Numbered from the whole stretch's first letter, positions 39,710-53,619 are shown. The stretch is DNA of 63,835 nt, filler included, from Octopus bimaculoides (GCF_001194135.2; 9 parts of 8 records of this genome joined end to end with filler, not necessarily neighbours in it); one strand, 5' to 3'. A program made the numbers and translations. Notes: generated by a model from the sequence alone, not told the origin.

Positions 39710-40624
39710 TTTTTTGCCAGTGTAGATGAGTAAATCCATCCCCAAACTCTGCGCCTGCGTTTGCACTCGCTCGTGCGCCCGTGTGTTTGTGTTTGCGTGT
39801 TTGTGTGTGCGTGTGTATCACTAAAAGTACACGTTAGTGTATCTTAATGCCACCCGTAATTGTTTACATGTGTTTGTATCAAAGTTAACATCAATGTTGT
39901 GGTTGTGGCGGTGGTAGCGTTGTTGTTGTTTTTGGTAGTGGTGGTGGTGGTGGTGGTTTACATGCCTTATATTCCAGGTTGGAAATGGGGAGAAGTTACG
40001 AAGAGGCTGGTCAATTTGAACCCTGAAAGACATTGTCCAGCAAACTGGACAATCGAACTGCAATGGTGTTCGTATTGTCCCCTAAGCATCTTACCCGGCC
40101 CCAGTTTTCGATTTCATCAACATGCATCTCAAGCGTGTAACTGCTCCTTCACTTCTGACAGAAGGGGCACATCTTATTGGTCAGACAATACAACTGGTAG
40201 CATCAACCTCTGCGTGGAGGAGTCTGTATGTCCATGGCTGATAATAATAATCCATAGACATTTGCTGAGATGAGATCTTTAGCGATAGGTGAAAGGTGAA
40301 CTGATGTAGTCGCTGTTGGTGAGGCGGGATCCTAAGAGGCCATCTCGGACAAAGCTACTGCTCTAGATCAAGCAAAGATCAAAACCTGAGCGCTTGATGT
40401 TGTTGTTCGATGGTTACAGCTCTCTGCAAGGCAGGCAATGCGGTGGGAGAAACTTTCACGCTTAATAAAATGGCTGCAGAGCAGCAAAACCAGAAACAAT
40501 TTTGCACGCTTCTCGTTCACTGTCCAAGTAATGCTAAGTTGAGGCGCCATGTCAAACAGTCGAGGTCGCGTGGAGGACGTATCAGCGGTGTCCATCATGA
40601 TGATCGTCCTGTCACCTTCCTTTG

Positions 40625-40790
40625 TCCAGGAAGTTCAGGCAAGAAGCTTCCTTTCCGACCTTCTAGCTCCGAGTTCAGTCCCACTGCGGAACACCTTTGA
40701 CAAGTATCTTCTACTACTGCCTCGGGTCGATCAGAACCCTGTGAGTGGATTCGGTAGACAGAGATTGAAAGAAGCCCACCGCGCGCGCAC
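40625..40790 (+). mobile_element. SINE family A, 5' half
   Basis: ccgagttcagtcccactgcgg...gtgagtggattcggtagacagagattgaaagaagccc. Confidence 0.8.
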
Positions 40791-41091
40791 GTATATATAT
40801 ATATATATATNNNNNNNNNNNNNNNNNNNNNNNNNNNNNNNNNNNNNNNNNNNNNNNNNNNNNNNNNNNNNNNNNNNNNNNNNNNNNNNNNNNNNNNNNN
40901 NNNNNNNNNNNNNNNNNNNNNNNNNNNNNNNNNNNNNNNNNNNNNNNNNNNNNNNNNNNNNNNNNNNNNNNNNNNNNNNNNNNNNNNNNNNNNNNNNNNN
41001 NNNNNNNNNNNNNNNNNNNNNNNNNNNNNNNNNNNNNNNNNNNNNNNNNNNNNNNNNNNNNNNNNNNNNNNNNNNNNNNNNNNNNNNNNNN

Positions 41092-41143
<52 letters not shown>

Positions 41144-41401
41144 TCTCTGAGATTGCTGACTTTGTGATAAAATGTGGAAACATTATTACAAAGAAACGAT
41201 TAGTATACTTACCCCGACTTTTTCTATCATTTCATTATATGTAAACCCCCCTCACATTAAGTCTCTCTCTGTATTGTCCCCCTCGTCCTTCGCCCTTGTG
41301 GCAAATAAATGAAATCATCATTATTATTAGTGGTAGTAATGTTGTTGTTATTGCTGTTGTTGTTGTTGTTCTTCTTCTTCTTCTTCTTACTACTACTACT
41401 T

Positions 41402-41461
<60 letters not shown>

Positions 41462-42016
41462 TTGAGTGAGAGAGCAGCGCATGCCATCCAAGTGACACTG
41501 GGGTAAAATATACGAAGCCCAGTATACTCATAATGACTACCCGTCTGATAAAGGTGCACCAGGCACACGCATCACAACCATATGTGCACGACATGGTGAT
41601 CTTATATCGAGACAAACAGCGTTTGATCTTGAAGGTGGAGCCCTGTTAGAATTTTCTTCAGGTTAAGTAGCGTATCTCGCTCAAAATGTCCCTGAATAAG
41701 GGTTGTTTAAAGATGATGAACAAAACACACATGTTTCCAAAGGTGAATTATTCAAACCCCAAAAAATTCCTCTCAACACATGGCTATGATGCTCCCCCAC
41801 TACTTCTACTCATGATCAGAGATGCACGTATCGTCAGCCATTAAGGAACATGCTCAACTGGTTAAGGTCAAACAACTGACAAGTAAATCTGTGGTATTGA
41901 GCAGAATATTTGCTGTAGCCTATCTTTTATACCAAGACAAAACAATGTACATGTACTTCCAATCAATTAAGATCAGAATCCATGAGAGCCACTGCCTGGT
42001 ACTGCATCCGGGCATT
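41462..42016. repeat. Probable approx. 550-bp interspersed repeat embedded between (CTA)n and (TTA)n tracts
   Basis: Sharp-edged complex-sequence block flanked by trinucleotide tracts; single copy here, so repeat status is inference. Confidence 0.45.
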
Positions 42017-42132
42017 TATTATTATTATTGTTTTCATATACATTCAACAGAATAGACTGTTCGCAAAGAAAAAAATCCTAACAACAAGTAACCTTAGATG
42101 CCAAGAACTTTCCTACGTATCTTAGCTATCCC

Positions 42133-42233
<101 letters not shown>

Positions 42234-42379
42234 ATTCTGAAAGACTCTCGGATAGCTCTTAATTACCGGTTACTCTTTANNNNNNNNNNNNNNNNNNNNN
42301 NNNNNNNNNNNNNNNNNNNNNNNTTAATTAATTAANNNNNNNNNNNNNNNNNNNNNNNNNNNNNNNNNNNNNNNNNNNN

Positions 42380-42666
42380 GGTTCCCTCCTCGTTGCGGGA
42401 ACCGAAGCCATAGCCTCCATGTATGCCATGGAAGCCTCCAGCACGACGTCCGACATGACCGTTGAAGTCTCCAGCCACAAAGAGAAGGTCCCTGTCACTC
42501 GTCGACGAGGTAGTTTGCAAGAGGGTGTCATAGAATTGGTCTTTCAGACCATCTGGTAGCCCCGGTTGAGGTGCATAGGCTGAGATGACAGTAGCTAATC
42601 TATGATGAAGCACTAGTCTGATCTTAAGTACTCTGTCACTTACTCTAACGACCTCGATTACCTTAT
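42380..42666 (-). mobile_element. Young RTE-clade LINE endonuclease fragment, near-identical to 21050-21286
   Basis: KVIEVVRVSDRV...GDFNGHVGRRAGGFHGIHGGYGFGSRNEEG; I count 2 substitutions in about 237 shared bp. Confidence 0.92.
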
Positions 42667-44519
42667 GGCACATTATTTTTATTAATGAGAAACTCAATTA
42701 GTTCTACTTGAGTAAACACCTGCTTGAAACAATATTTGTGTTTCAGATATGGAAGCTAACAAATAAACTACAGATCTTGGTGGTAACTACAACAAAGTCA
42801 GTAAAATGGTCTATGTACATAACAGCTTGGTTTATCAGGATTTATTAATGGATATTATATTAGGTATTACTATAAAGCGCTGTACAATGGAGACAAGTAC
42901 AGGTTCAACACAAAAAAACACATATTTTACTTCATCATTTGCATGTCCAAGTAAATTTTTTACATGGAAAATTATATCATTTGAAAGCTTTGGATGTGAA
43001 CTTTCTTCTCATATAGTTTAAATTAAAATCTGACAGTTACATATCACATTAGGGTCTCTCTAGCACCCTGGTATTTTTAGGCATTTTCAAAGTTTGTCCC
43101 ATCTTTTTTTTTCTTTGTCTGCTGAACAGTAGCCCTTGTTTTAATTCAATGTGCTTCAGCAACATAACTCAAGTTGTGTTAAAAATTATACACACATATA
43201 GAGGAATGTTTTAGCTTTATTTTGATATAAAATTCAATGGGGATAGGTCAGATAATCATTACAAAATATAAAAATGAAAATTTATCATTAATTTTCATTT
43301 AGAAAAGAACATAATTTCTTCAAGATACCATAAGAAACAAAAATTCTTTGCTAAATCATCATGGACATAGCTGATTCTGGCCACAGTATGGCAAAAATGT
43401 GCAGTTAGAAAAGAGAGTTGTATATTGACATTTTTTGTACACAATTAACACAGATTGACACTACTTGTCAAACTGATGGATTCCCATCAATAAAAATTAT
43501 AAAGTGCAATGAATACTATTCAGTAAAGTCTGATGTGAAGTCTTTTAATTTTTTTTCCCCCAATTTTGAATGCAGTCTTTATTGTAAAGTTTACATTTTC
43601 ACAAGTAAGAGCTGATTTTCACTTCTATGCTTCATAACGAATATCTGATCTACCACCATCAAGATTTATCTACTACATGTGGGGAATTCTGTCTGTGTGT
43701 GTGTGTTTGTTTGTGGAGTTGTTAGTTAGATGTGTGTGTAATCGCTTATCACGTGAAAATGGCTTCACCATTTACTTCCATACTTGTGATGCATGAATAA
43801 TTTGACCTCGGATAAATGTTAGGCTCTTCATTTGATTTTTTTTATTAAAAATAAATAATATTGCTTTATATTTAAGATTCACTTTAAAAAGGTTCCTCAA
43901 TGTCAACTTTCGGTAGCCATAGCTTTTTTTTCACTTTAACTTCAATCGTTACTGTTCTCACTAAAAGTTTACTCACATTTACTGATGTAAGTAATTTCAT
44001 AATTTACTAACAGAAGTACGGTTTTGTGTTTTCCTGTTGCTGAGGTTTTTTTTTTTTTTCTGGTACCTTCGATACTGGCTCTTTGGTTCACTGCGTGACA
44101 AATTTCGCTTCAACCACANNNNNNNNNNNNNNNNNNNNNNNNNNNNNNNNNNNNNNNNNNNNNNNNNNNNNNNNNNNNNNNNNNNNNNNNNNNNNNNNNN
44201 NNNNNNNNNNNNNNNNNNNNNNNNNNNNNNNNNNNNNNNNNNNNNNNNNNNNNNNNNNNNNNNNNNNNNNNNNNNNNNNNNNNNNNNNNNNNNNNNNNNN
44301 NNNNNNNNNNNNNNNNNNNNNNNNNNNNNNNNNNNNNNNNNNNNNNNNNNNNNNNNNNNNNNNNNNNNNNNNNNNNNNNNNNNNNNNNNNNNNNNNNNNN
44401 NNNNNNNNNNNNNNNNNNNNNNNNNNNNNNNNNNNNNNNNNNNNNNNNNNNNNNNNNNNNNNNNNNNNNNNNNNNNNNNNNNNNNNNNNNNNNNNNNNNN
44501 NNNNNNNNNNNNNNNNNNN

Positions 44520-44647
44520 ATTACTCTTGTGAGGATATTCAAGTAAATAATTTTTTTCATTTAATCCCCATTTTAATTTTCGTAAAAGTTTCCAAGTACC
44601 AATAAGCAACAATTTCATTCCCGGGCAACGCTGGGTGGCTCTGCTAG
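44520..44647 (+). mobile_element. Helitron-like 3' terminus
   Basis: Subterminal hairpin cccgg-gcaacg-ctggg (44620-44635), 8-nt spacer, CTAG (44644-44647), then T. Confidence 0.65.
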
Positions 44648-46561
44648 TTAATAATATTTCCTCCTAAGTTATATATACTCTTGGAACACATTAAAGCCCC
44701 TTTCGGGGCCACTTTATTTGAATTCTTACTATCAGGTAACTAATTTCATGTTATTACATAACTGACTTCACAATTTGGGTATTTATAACTTATTGGGAAT
44801 TCCTAAAAACAAGATCCTGTGTAAGACAGTTCGGTATTCTCTGTAATGCACAAAACCTGTTTCAAAAGCTACATACTTTGTATTGTTGCTATTGGATTAA
44901 CAAAACAATTATGAGAATGGAACCAAGGGATAAACCCCGCTTTTCCAGGAATTACCAGGTACATCAGCTAGTATCAAATAAATCTAAGAAATTCCTCTAC
45001 CTTCATGTATGATTACCAACACAACTTCAGTTATAGTGCTCAAGTGCACTGAACTAGATCAAGTAGTCATAAAAAAAAAGGGGGGGTGTAAAATCTGTGA
45101 GTCGATGAAAATCCCAGGGTGTTTGCGGGATCCTGACATCTGAGATAGGTAAGTGTCAGATTTTGATTAAAAGTATATGAGAATGAAGTTGACATAAAGA
45201 ATTTTCAATTGATAATTTTCCAAGTAAGATAGGTATTTTGTCATGAAAATGGTGTACTAAAAAATGGGTTTTTGCATGGTCAAACTGTGTATCACCCCTT
45301 CGACATCATTTCAAAGGCTGTGACAAAAAACAAAAATGAGGGGAAATCCCTATAAAAATGGAGAAAATCCAACATATGTGGGCGTCTTCATAAAAAATTT
45401 TGCAATTTATAGCCATTTTTAATAGCCTAATAAAAATCTTATGGAAATGCTGTCATGTCCCAAATTTCATGACATTTACCTCCATACCTATTACAAAAGT
45501 GTCAAAACTCAAGCTCCTGTGGCTTGTAGTTTTGGATTTAGCTAGGTCTGAAAACACTGTAAAAATCAACCATTTGGTACACGTAACAAAATAGGCTTCA
45601 CATAAATATTTAAAATATTGCCAAACAAAAAGTTTGCTTTCTAAGAATCTGAAAAAAAATTAGGCAACTACTATACCATGGTCACCATTAATTTGCATAA
45701 TTTAAAACTGATTATCACCTGTTTCAAAGATATGACATTGCAAATATAGCTTTTACACAAATTAGGCAAAATTTCAACCATTTCACTGACCATTCAAATA
45801 TTTCCTTAAATATTTATCCAAATTTCACAAATGAAGTATCAAAATGTTTCTTTCTGGATACTCTCCAAGAAAAAGTACAGTAGAAATATTTAATATTTTC
45901 AAGAATTCATGATACCTAATTTCATTATTGGTTCAATATTAATAATGATTATACAAAAGGTTAATATTTTATGTCAGGTGTAGCAGCTTCAAAGATAAAA
46001 GAAAAAAAATGACATAAGAATTTAGCTAGAATTTTTCTAATCCTTCTTTCGTGATCACAGTTTTTAGTTACGTTTCATGGACAAATATCTTACTTGCACA
46101 AGATCATATTCCGAGAACACACATTAAACTCTTGCAAAATATAAAATATTAGATTTTGAGTGCTTATAGGTATAATGTTATAATATCAAGATATACCATA
46201 TCAAATAATAAAGGCATAGCAATGTAGTTAAAAAGTTCACTTCACAAACGTGATCTTGGGTTCAGTTCCAATGTGCAGCATCTTGTGCAAGTGTTTTTTA
46301 CTATAGCTTCAGATGATCAATGCTTTGTGAATAAAATTGCTAAATGGAAACTGTGGAAGCTTCTATGTGTGAACACAGAAGCATTGCAGGCATTTTTAAT
46401 CAATAAGATGAATAGCAAAGTTAAAATAAGTGCTGAGATCAATATGATCCACTATAAAGTTTTGAAGACAGTGTCTCTGCATGGCTATAGTCCAATGATT
46501 GAGGTATGTTAAAAGTGTAAAAGTGTATATCAAATATATTTGCTAAATATTGAATACTTAC

Positions 46562-46594
46562 TCTGAGCAAAAGCCGTGGTATTTCCAAAATTTG
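46562..46594 (-). CDS. Candidate 33-nt microexon, product unknown
   Basis: Minus strand ttttctttcttgctttctttttacttcAG|CAAATTTTGGAAATACCACGGCTTTTGCTCAGA|GTaagtat; consensus-like splice sites; all three frames open. Confidence 0.3.
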
Positions 46595-46964
46595 CTGAAG
46601 TAAAAAGAAAGCAAGAAAGAAAAATAACATATTTAATTATTCAATTTGATAAAATTCAAAATTTATTTGCTTGTTAGATATAGCTAATGTTGCCATATTA
46701 AATGTGTGCATGAGAAAATTAATTAAAAATGAATGTAATAAAAATGATTAAGAAATATCACTATAATTCTAAATACGTTTTCATCTGTAGTCATATTGTA
46801 TACCAGCAGGAAATAACAGCAGATTTTAGACATTAAATTACTAAGAAATATCACGGAAATTTTATTTGTGTGTAAAATCACAGAAAAACAAGCAAGTGGT
46901 GAATAGAGGGAGAATCATGATACAGTAGACAGAGGAAGAATGAGAGAGAGATAATGTGTGGTTG

Positions 46965-47470
46965 AGTAATTTGCATATGAGTTACCATGGGAAACAAGCC
47001 TTAAACTCCTGTGATTGCCTACAGAACTTTGAGGAACAGGAGCAGAACTGAAGATTGAATGTTGAACTCCTATCTTCACACTGAATTCATTACTGAAATT
47101 GTCAACTCCCTTTTTATTTACTGCATCTTTGCACAAGTCTCACAAGCCATTTATTTATACGTAGTTTTCTCAGCAACCACCAAATTACTAAAACCTGTTG
47201 AACACCTTCTCCAAATCAAATGAAGTCAAGAATACTATTTTTCCTTAACCAAATATTTTTTCTGCAGTTGCCTTACTAGGGAGATTGAATCTATGGTAAC
47301 TCTTCTGAGCCTGAAGTCAAACTGCATCTCATCTAGGTCTACTCTGTCCTATGATTCTCTTCATCTTCATAACCTGATCCTTTAGTTTGATTCCACTTAA
47401 ATATGCTTCTCAATTAGGCATCTCCTTGCCTTTGCAGCGGTTTATGATGATACTGTTACACTCATCACTG
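46965..47470 (-). mobile_element. Old, frameshifted RTE-clade RT remnant
   Basis: Pieces SIIINRCKGK, SGIKLKDQVMK, TIDSISLVRQLQKKYL, MCKDAV...FSNEFSVKIGV, EFKACFPW in RT order. Confidence 0.8.
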
Positions 47471-49039
47471 TGTAACTGTATACCAGAGCATTATCATGGA
47501 TGTAACATAAAATCAGGTGCTGAATGAAAATTAACTTAAAAGTTAAATAACAAGTTTATTTTTCTAAGTTATTGTTGATTTCTTTGCATGCATACAACAT
47601 AGTTACTAACCTGATAGAATGTCTTTTAAAATGTTTCAAATGTAATGTATATGTACTTGTAAAGCACATGCAGTGAACAACCCTGTTTTTTTGTTTTTTC
47701 TTTCCAATAAAAGTTTGAGTTGAAAAATGATGTTAACCTATTTTGCACACTTTAAGAAAAAAGCCTCCCATGATACTTCTCAAAACAATCATGATCAAAT
47801 ATTCAAAGGAACTTTGCACTGTTTGTAACCTAAGTACACATGCCTTTTGCCTGTGTACTATCGAAATTTTCCTCTTTTAAAATGATCTGGCAAATGAAAA
47901 ACACCAGTGCAAGAGCAGAAGGGATGCCACTAATCACAATGTGTAGTTGTTGTTGAGCCGACTGAATGTAGTTTGCCATAGAGTAGGACTTGAGTTGGAC
48001 GAACCACATATGAGCATCATGATAGTGGGGAAGCACAGTATGACTCATCTTCTGAAGGGAAAAAAATGGAACACACATGCAGAAGAAATACAAGCTGCTC
48101 AAAACCAAAATCCAGAAAGTGTGATGGGGTAGAAAACTCCGTGAACTGCAGCGGATAACCAGGATGGCGTCTTCAAGCAAGAATATGAGACAAAGACAAG
48201 GATGAAAGAGAAACATGAAATCGTACCCAAGTATAAAAAATATGTATAAATGATCCTGAGGAAAGTTTCAAGCAACGAAGGAAGATTACATGATGCCAAC
48301 TTGAACCAGTAGACCGAAAATGTTAGAAGAATGTATGGTTGCCATGTTAGCAGAAAGAGATGGAAAATAGCATGTGGTATAATTGTACAGAGTCGTATTC
48401 CAGGCAGTAAAGAGTTCTCCAGAATCCAAAAATTTCGGTAAAAATTTCTCATATAGAAAAATGTGTAAGGTCACCATTAGAAGTTGTTAACAAGTGTTAA
48501 ACCATGAAGAAAACGTGTCTGAAGTTGAAAAATGAGAAAGAATGCGTATTCTGAGTTGGGTTCACCACTGTAACAATGGTGGCTGGCCACCGTAATAAGA
48601 GTTAAAGTTGTAACTTGGCCTTGTTACTGCTGGAACAAGAGGTTAATTAAGAAACAAAAATCCTCATATTACGAAAGATAAAATGCATTCTTGATTGGAA
48701 TAAATGTAAGAGCCATTCTTGAACTTCACAATTAATTTAATATTAATTCAGAACCAGGTAAAAATTCACCAATAAGATGCTTTGGCTGAAGCAGTACATA
48801 AATAAAGAATGTGTACATACTATCTTGCAGTGTCACATTCCATCTGTAGAAAGTAAATTAAAATGTACAAGAGAATTTTGTACCTCACTTTGGTTTACTT
48901 CTCTTGTAAAAGGAAGTTGTGCACCTGATGTGTAACTTAAATAGTTGTGAGGTACCCAGTTGCTTCTCTAAGGCATTTTGATTCCTTAGACCATGTGTAG
49001 CAAAATTTATGTGTTCTGAACACACAGAAGTGTCTAGCA

Positions 49040-49940
49040 TGAAATCCAGCGATCAAAGAGAGATCAAAATTCCACAGCTATTGAATATATAGCCCAAAGA
49101 CTGCTGGCTCCTACTGGCAACTAAAAAGACCTTCTAGAACATTCCATGGTTCAATGGGATTACTAAAAGGGACCTGACTCCAATTTCTTGGAAGCTTCTA
49201 GAATGTTCGCCAAGGAAGATCAGTGTGGTTAAGATCCCATGACTTCTGCCAGCGTAAATAAGGCAATAACAAATCTGTTTCAAATTACATAACTCCTCCA
49301 AGGGTTTTTATTTTTCTGTACCCATGGAAACCACCAATTAGCTGGATAGTTAGCTTTTCACAAATTTCCAAATGGGTTTGTTTTCTCTCCATGCTCCAAC
49401 ATGTTACTAGTTGATGATTCAGACTCACACATGAATACTTCAGAAATGGCAGTGTCAAACAGGAACCAGAAGAGATATTTCCATCATTCCTTTGCTCTCC
49501 TCCTTGAGGAATATTTCCTTCTAATTTGATCAGTCAAGCCCACAATAAATTTGTATTTGGAATACTCTTTTCAAACTTGAACAGAAGAAAGATTGGCTTT
49601 TTGCATCCTTGCAACTTCAGTGTTCACTCAGGGATCCATGTTTGTATATAAAAAACAAACAAATCTCTTCCATACAGTGGCACCAAACTTTCCTTACTGC
49701 ATGGTTTTCAAATCACCCTGCTTTTTTTGATGGCAAGTGTGCTTTCATCATTCTCACTATCATTCCCAATGATGACTCAGTTTTTTCTTTCATCATTCTC
49801 ATTATCATTCCCAGTGATGCCTCAGTTTTTTCTCACACATTGTCTAGTAATCATGATCATTTCACACCTATGATTATCACATTACAGAACATGTGCAAAT
49901 CTCTTCCTCACCCTTAGCCAAGTATCTTTATCACCTAGTT
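49040..49940 (-). mobile_element. Decayed piggyBac (PGBD4-like) transposase, C-terminal half
   Basis: Minus-strand pieces GATVWKRFVCFLYTNMDP, KYKFIVGLTDQIRRKYSSRRRAKE*WKYLFWFLFDTAI, HLEICEKLTIQLIGGF resemble the piggyBac xDQ..Y...R..KKWWKYLFWFL and F.L.LA.QLIGG segments. Confidence 0.7.
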
Positions 49941-50679
49941 GCTCTTCAAGTCATTTGATATTGTTCCTAATACCACCTTCCTTCCAGGTTTTACCAAGCT
50001 AATTTTTTTTTTAGCCTTTCTTATTCCTAAATGAATACAATTATCTTCAAAACACCTTAACAGTTCTAACAATATCTTTTCATAACTAAATTCTGAGAAA
50101 TTGATTCATTATAAAATTCAACCATAGTTTGGCTACTCTCCTTCAAACTTTTTCCTGGGGTGAATTTTAAAAAACATCATCTCCAATCTCTAATAATTTG
50201 AGCAAGCTCTAAATGAGCAAATTTGTGATCCAGTTCCCATTATCATCTTTTAGTGTCCCTTTTCTATGCTAGCATGGGTGGGACTAGTTGTAAGAATTTT
50301 CTGCTTTTATATTGCCTACTGCTCTTATAAAAATCCCTTTAAATCTAAACTTGTTCACTGCTTACCAACAGTTAAGTAAACTTTCCAAAAAGAAATGTGA
50401 TATAAAAACAGTACTCACATGAATCACCAAACCCGAAGCCACTTAGCTTTGTAAACATCTGGAGATTTTCTGTAAAAGATAAAACACAAATTAGTTAACT
50501 GTAATATAAAATTTTTAAATGAACACTTTAAAAGCATAACTAAGCTATCTACTGCAAATATATTGGAAGATATGAAGTTGCTCCCCTTCCAGATTACTTC
50601 AATGGACAAAATGGGCAACAACTCGACAGATTCCATGGAGGCAATGGCTTGGTCTTCAACATGATGGTGAAACAAGGCT

Positions 50680-51310
50680 GTTGGAGTTCTGCCTTGCAAA
50701 TACCTGATGATTGGTAACTATAACTTCAAGAAACCAGCCAGTCACCTCTCAGTCAAGTAGGCATACAATCCAGATTGATTACATTCACATCGGAAAACAG
50801 AATAAATAGATGCTTGTGAATGCAAAATCCTTCATGAGTGACTAACATAGGTTAGTAGTTAATATTTTGATTTTGAGCTAAAAGGACTTGGAGACACAAG
50901 CCAATCTGGAAAAAAAGTTACAGAAGCTTCAAAATTCGGTGAACTGTCAGAAACTTAAAGAGAACTAGCTGAAGCATTTGATGAGATGGAGACATATAAC
51001 ATAGAGGACAACCGGAATATCCTATAGAAGAGCTTACTTGAGCTGCAGACTAAATTTGTGGCTGATGCAAAGTCCCAACCAGAACTAATGTCACATGGTT
51101 ATGGAAATAGTGAAGTAGACAGTATCATAAGAATGAAAAAACAGGCTCTGCAGGTTTGGAAGAGTGGATATAGCAGAGAACTATACTAAGTAGCTACATG
51201 AGAAGCTAGTCAACAAGTATTTTTAGCTAGAGGATAAGAAACGAAGAAGATTGCCAATGTTCTAAAGCATGAGAATCAGAAGCATTAAATGTTCCACACT
51301 GCAAGACAGT
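50680..51310 (+). mobile_element. Old RTE-clade LINE remnant (end of endonuclease plus linker)
   Basis: NYNFKKPASHL, QIDYI..., LVNAKSF, HRLVV, NSEVDSIIRMKKQALQVWKSGYSRELY. Confidence 0.8.
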
Positions 51311-51532
51311 TATCCTCCTTCCATGCTGGTGTGAGTTAGATAGCTTGAGAACAGCTGGCATGTCAGAAGACTACACCAAGCTCTACCATCTGCTTTGACA
51401 TACTAAATTCATCACTGTATTCATGGCTGACAGCATACCTCTACTTGTAGAGCTTTCACAAGCTATTCATACACAAGACCACCACAGCAAATAGACCCAA
51501 GGTGGGCACTACTGGCAACAACACACATCACA

Positions 51533-53310
51533 TTGGTGCTTTTACTGAACATCAGAGGACGGTTAACACTTAGTAACATGATAAAAATTCCTTTCCTGGG
51601 AGACCTTGGTGTATGCAATCAACCCTTATGCATAGCACTTACGGAAACACACCTGAAACCAGATATAGGAAATGCAGAAATACACATACCACAGTATGTT
51701 GTATTATGGACTGACAGGAAAGAAAGAAGTCATGGTGAAGTTGCTATGTACATCTGCAAAGACTTCACACTCCAGGTCCTTTTGTCACACTCAAATTCAG
51801 TATGTGACATGTTAATTGTACATATAAGACAACTCAATGTAGTTATATGTGCTACATATTGCCCTCCAGATGCTCCGAATCATGTAGGCAAGTTTGAAGA
51901 TTGCCTTACAAAAATAGAAGTTCTAGTCACATTAGAACACATAAGTGTACTTCTTATGGGAGACTTCAATCTGCCCAATGTCAGATGGCCTTGAAGAAAA
52001 TGACTTGCTGACTGACACCCAACATTGTTTCCAACCAGGAAGAAGCTGCCTGACTCAGCTCTTACAACACTATGACTGGGTGCTGAAATAACTGCTCAAC
52101 CACTCAAATGTAGAAGTGATATATCTCGACTTTGCAAAGGCCTTTGATAAAATCAATCATGGAATGATATGTCACAAACTGAGTGATCTCAGCATACTTG
52201 GAAAATTAGGAGAATGGCTTCATAACTTTCTGAAGGATAGAAGTCAGGTGGCAGTAGCCAATAGTGAGCAGTGTTCCGCAAGGCACTGTTTTGGGACTAC
52301 TACTGTTCATAATGGCCCTCCGAGACATGCCCTCAGCCACACAGAGATCAACAATCACAAGTTATGCAGATGATACAAAAGTCTCACAGGTAATACAGAA
52401 CCCTGAAGACACTATGCACCTGCAATGCGAGCTGGATGAAATATACAAGTGGACTGAAAAGAAAAGCATGAAGTTTAATACCAATTAAATACACTGCACC
52501 TGGAGGAATTGCAATCCCAGAGGCACAGTCAGTGCGAGACCTGGGCATTTACATGAGTAATAATGCATCCTTTCATGTTCATGTTGCTAAATTGGCAATG
52601 AAATGCAGGCAGCTGACCGGATGGATTCTTAGAACTTTTAGAACAAGAGATCAGGAAACAATGATGGTCCTCTAGAAGACACTTGTCCTAAGCCACTTGA
52701 CTATTGCTCTCAGCTATGGTCACCAACCAGTATCAAATTAATCACAGAACTTGAGGCAATCCAACAAAATTACACAAAGAAGATAGCCTCTATGCAGCAT
52801 TTAAGCTATTGGGAAAGACTCAAGAGATTAAGACTCTATTCCTTAGAGCGTAGACGAGAAAGATATGCCATAATATACATCCGGAAGATTCTGGAGGGAC
52901 TTGTCCCAAACTTTGGAATCGAGAGTTACACAAATACTAGAACTTGGCACCACTGCATAGTGCCAGGGACTCCGAATTTGCCATCAAGATATAGGACAAG
53001 GTACTGCAAGACCCCGGGCTTCAGAGGACCACAGCTCTTCAATATCCTCCTGAAGGACCTCAAAGGCCTGCATGGGGTGGATGAAACTGGACCTCTTACT
53101 GTTAAGTGTCCCAGATGAGCCAACTTCAGGACAGGAGGTGCAGATGAGGGCAGCGGTATCAAACTCGCTCACGCACCAAATGTCAATTCCTAAAAAGCAT
53201 TAGTGAAGTAAAACTATGTAGTAACACCAAATGGCGGTGCCCCAGCATGGCCACAGCTCATGAGCCGAAACTAGATCAAATGAAAATCAAATCAAGTAAA
53301 AGAGTAAAGA
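51533..53310 (+). mobile_element. CR1-group LINE, internally deleted and frameshifted ORF2 (endonuclease + RT + C-terminus + 3' UTR)
   Basis: ALTETHL...YCPP...MGDFNLP; QHCFQPGRSCLTQLL, YLDFAKAFDK, VPQGTVLG, YADDTK; YWERLKRLRLYSLERRRER. Confidence 0.92.
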
Positions 53311-53354
53311 GTATATATATATACATACACACACACACATATACATACACACAC

Positions 53355-53402
<48 letters not shown>

Positions 53403-53584
53403 TATATACATTATATATATATATATATATATACATATATATATACATTATATANNNNNNNNNNNNNNNNNNNNNNNNNNNNNNNNNNNNNNNNNNNNTT
53501 AATTAATTAANNNNNNNNNNNNNNNNNNNNNNNNNNNNNNNNNNNNNNNNNNNNGTTGATGATGAGGATGACGTTGATAAATGG

Positions 53585-53619
<35 letters not shown>

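Noticed and set aside
40150-40600. Possible minus-strand LINE endonuclease N-terminus (AVALSE)
   Set aside because: Too degenerate to support
48600-49270. Plus-strand reading resembling Gypsy RNase H end and integrase zinc finger (PGKNS/DALAE, WLRSHDFCQRK)
   Set aside because: Overlaps the better-supported minus-strand piggyBac remnant; likely coincidental
50700-50750. ctgatga...gaaac...gtc hammerhead-like motif
   Set aside because: No helix I pairing and it lies within RTE coding sequence
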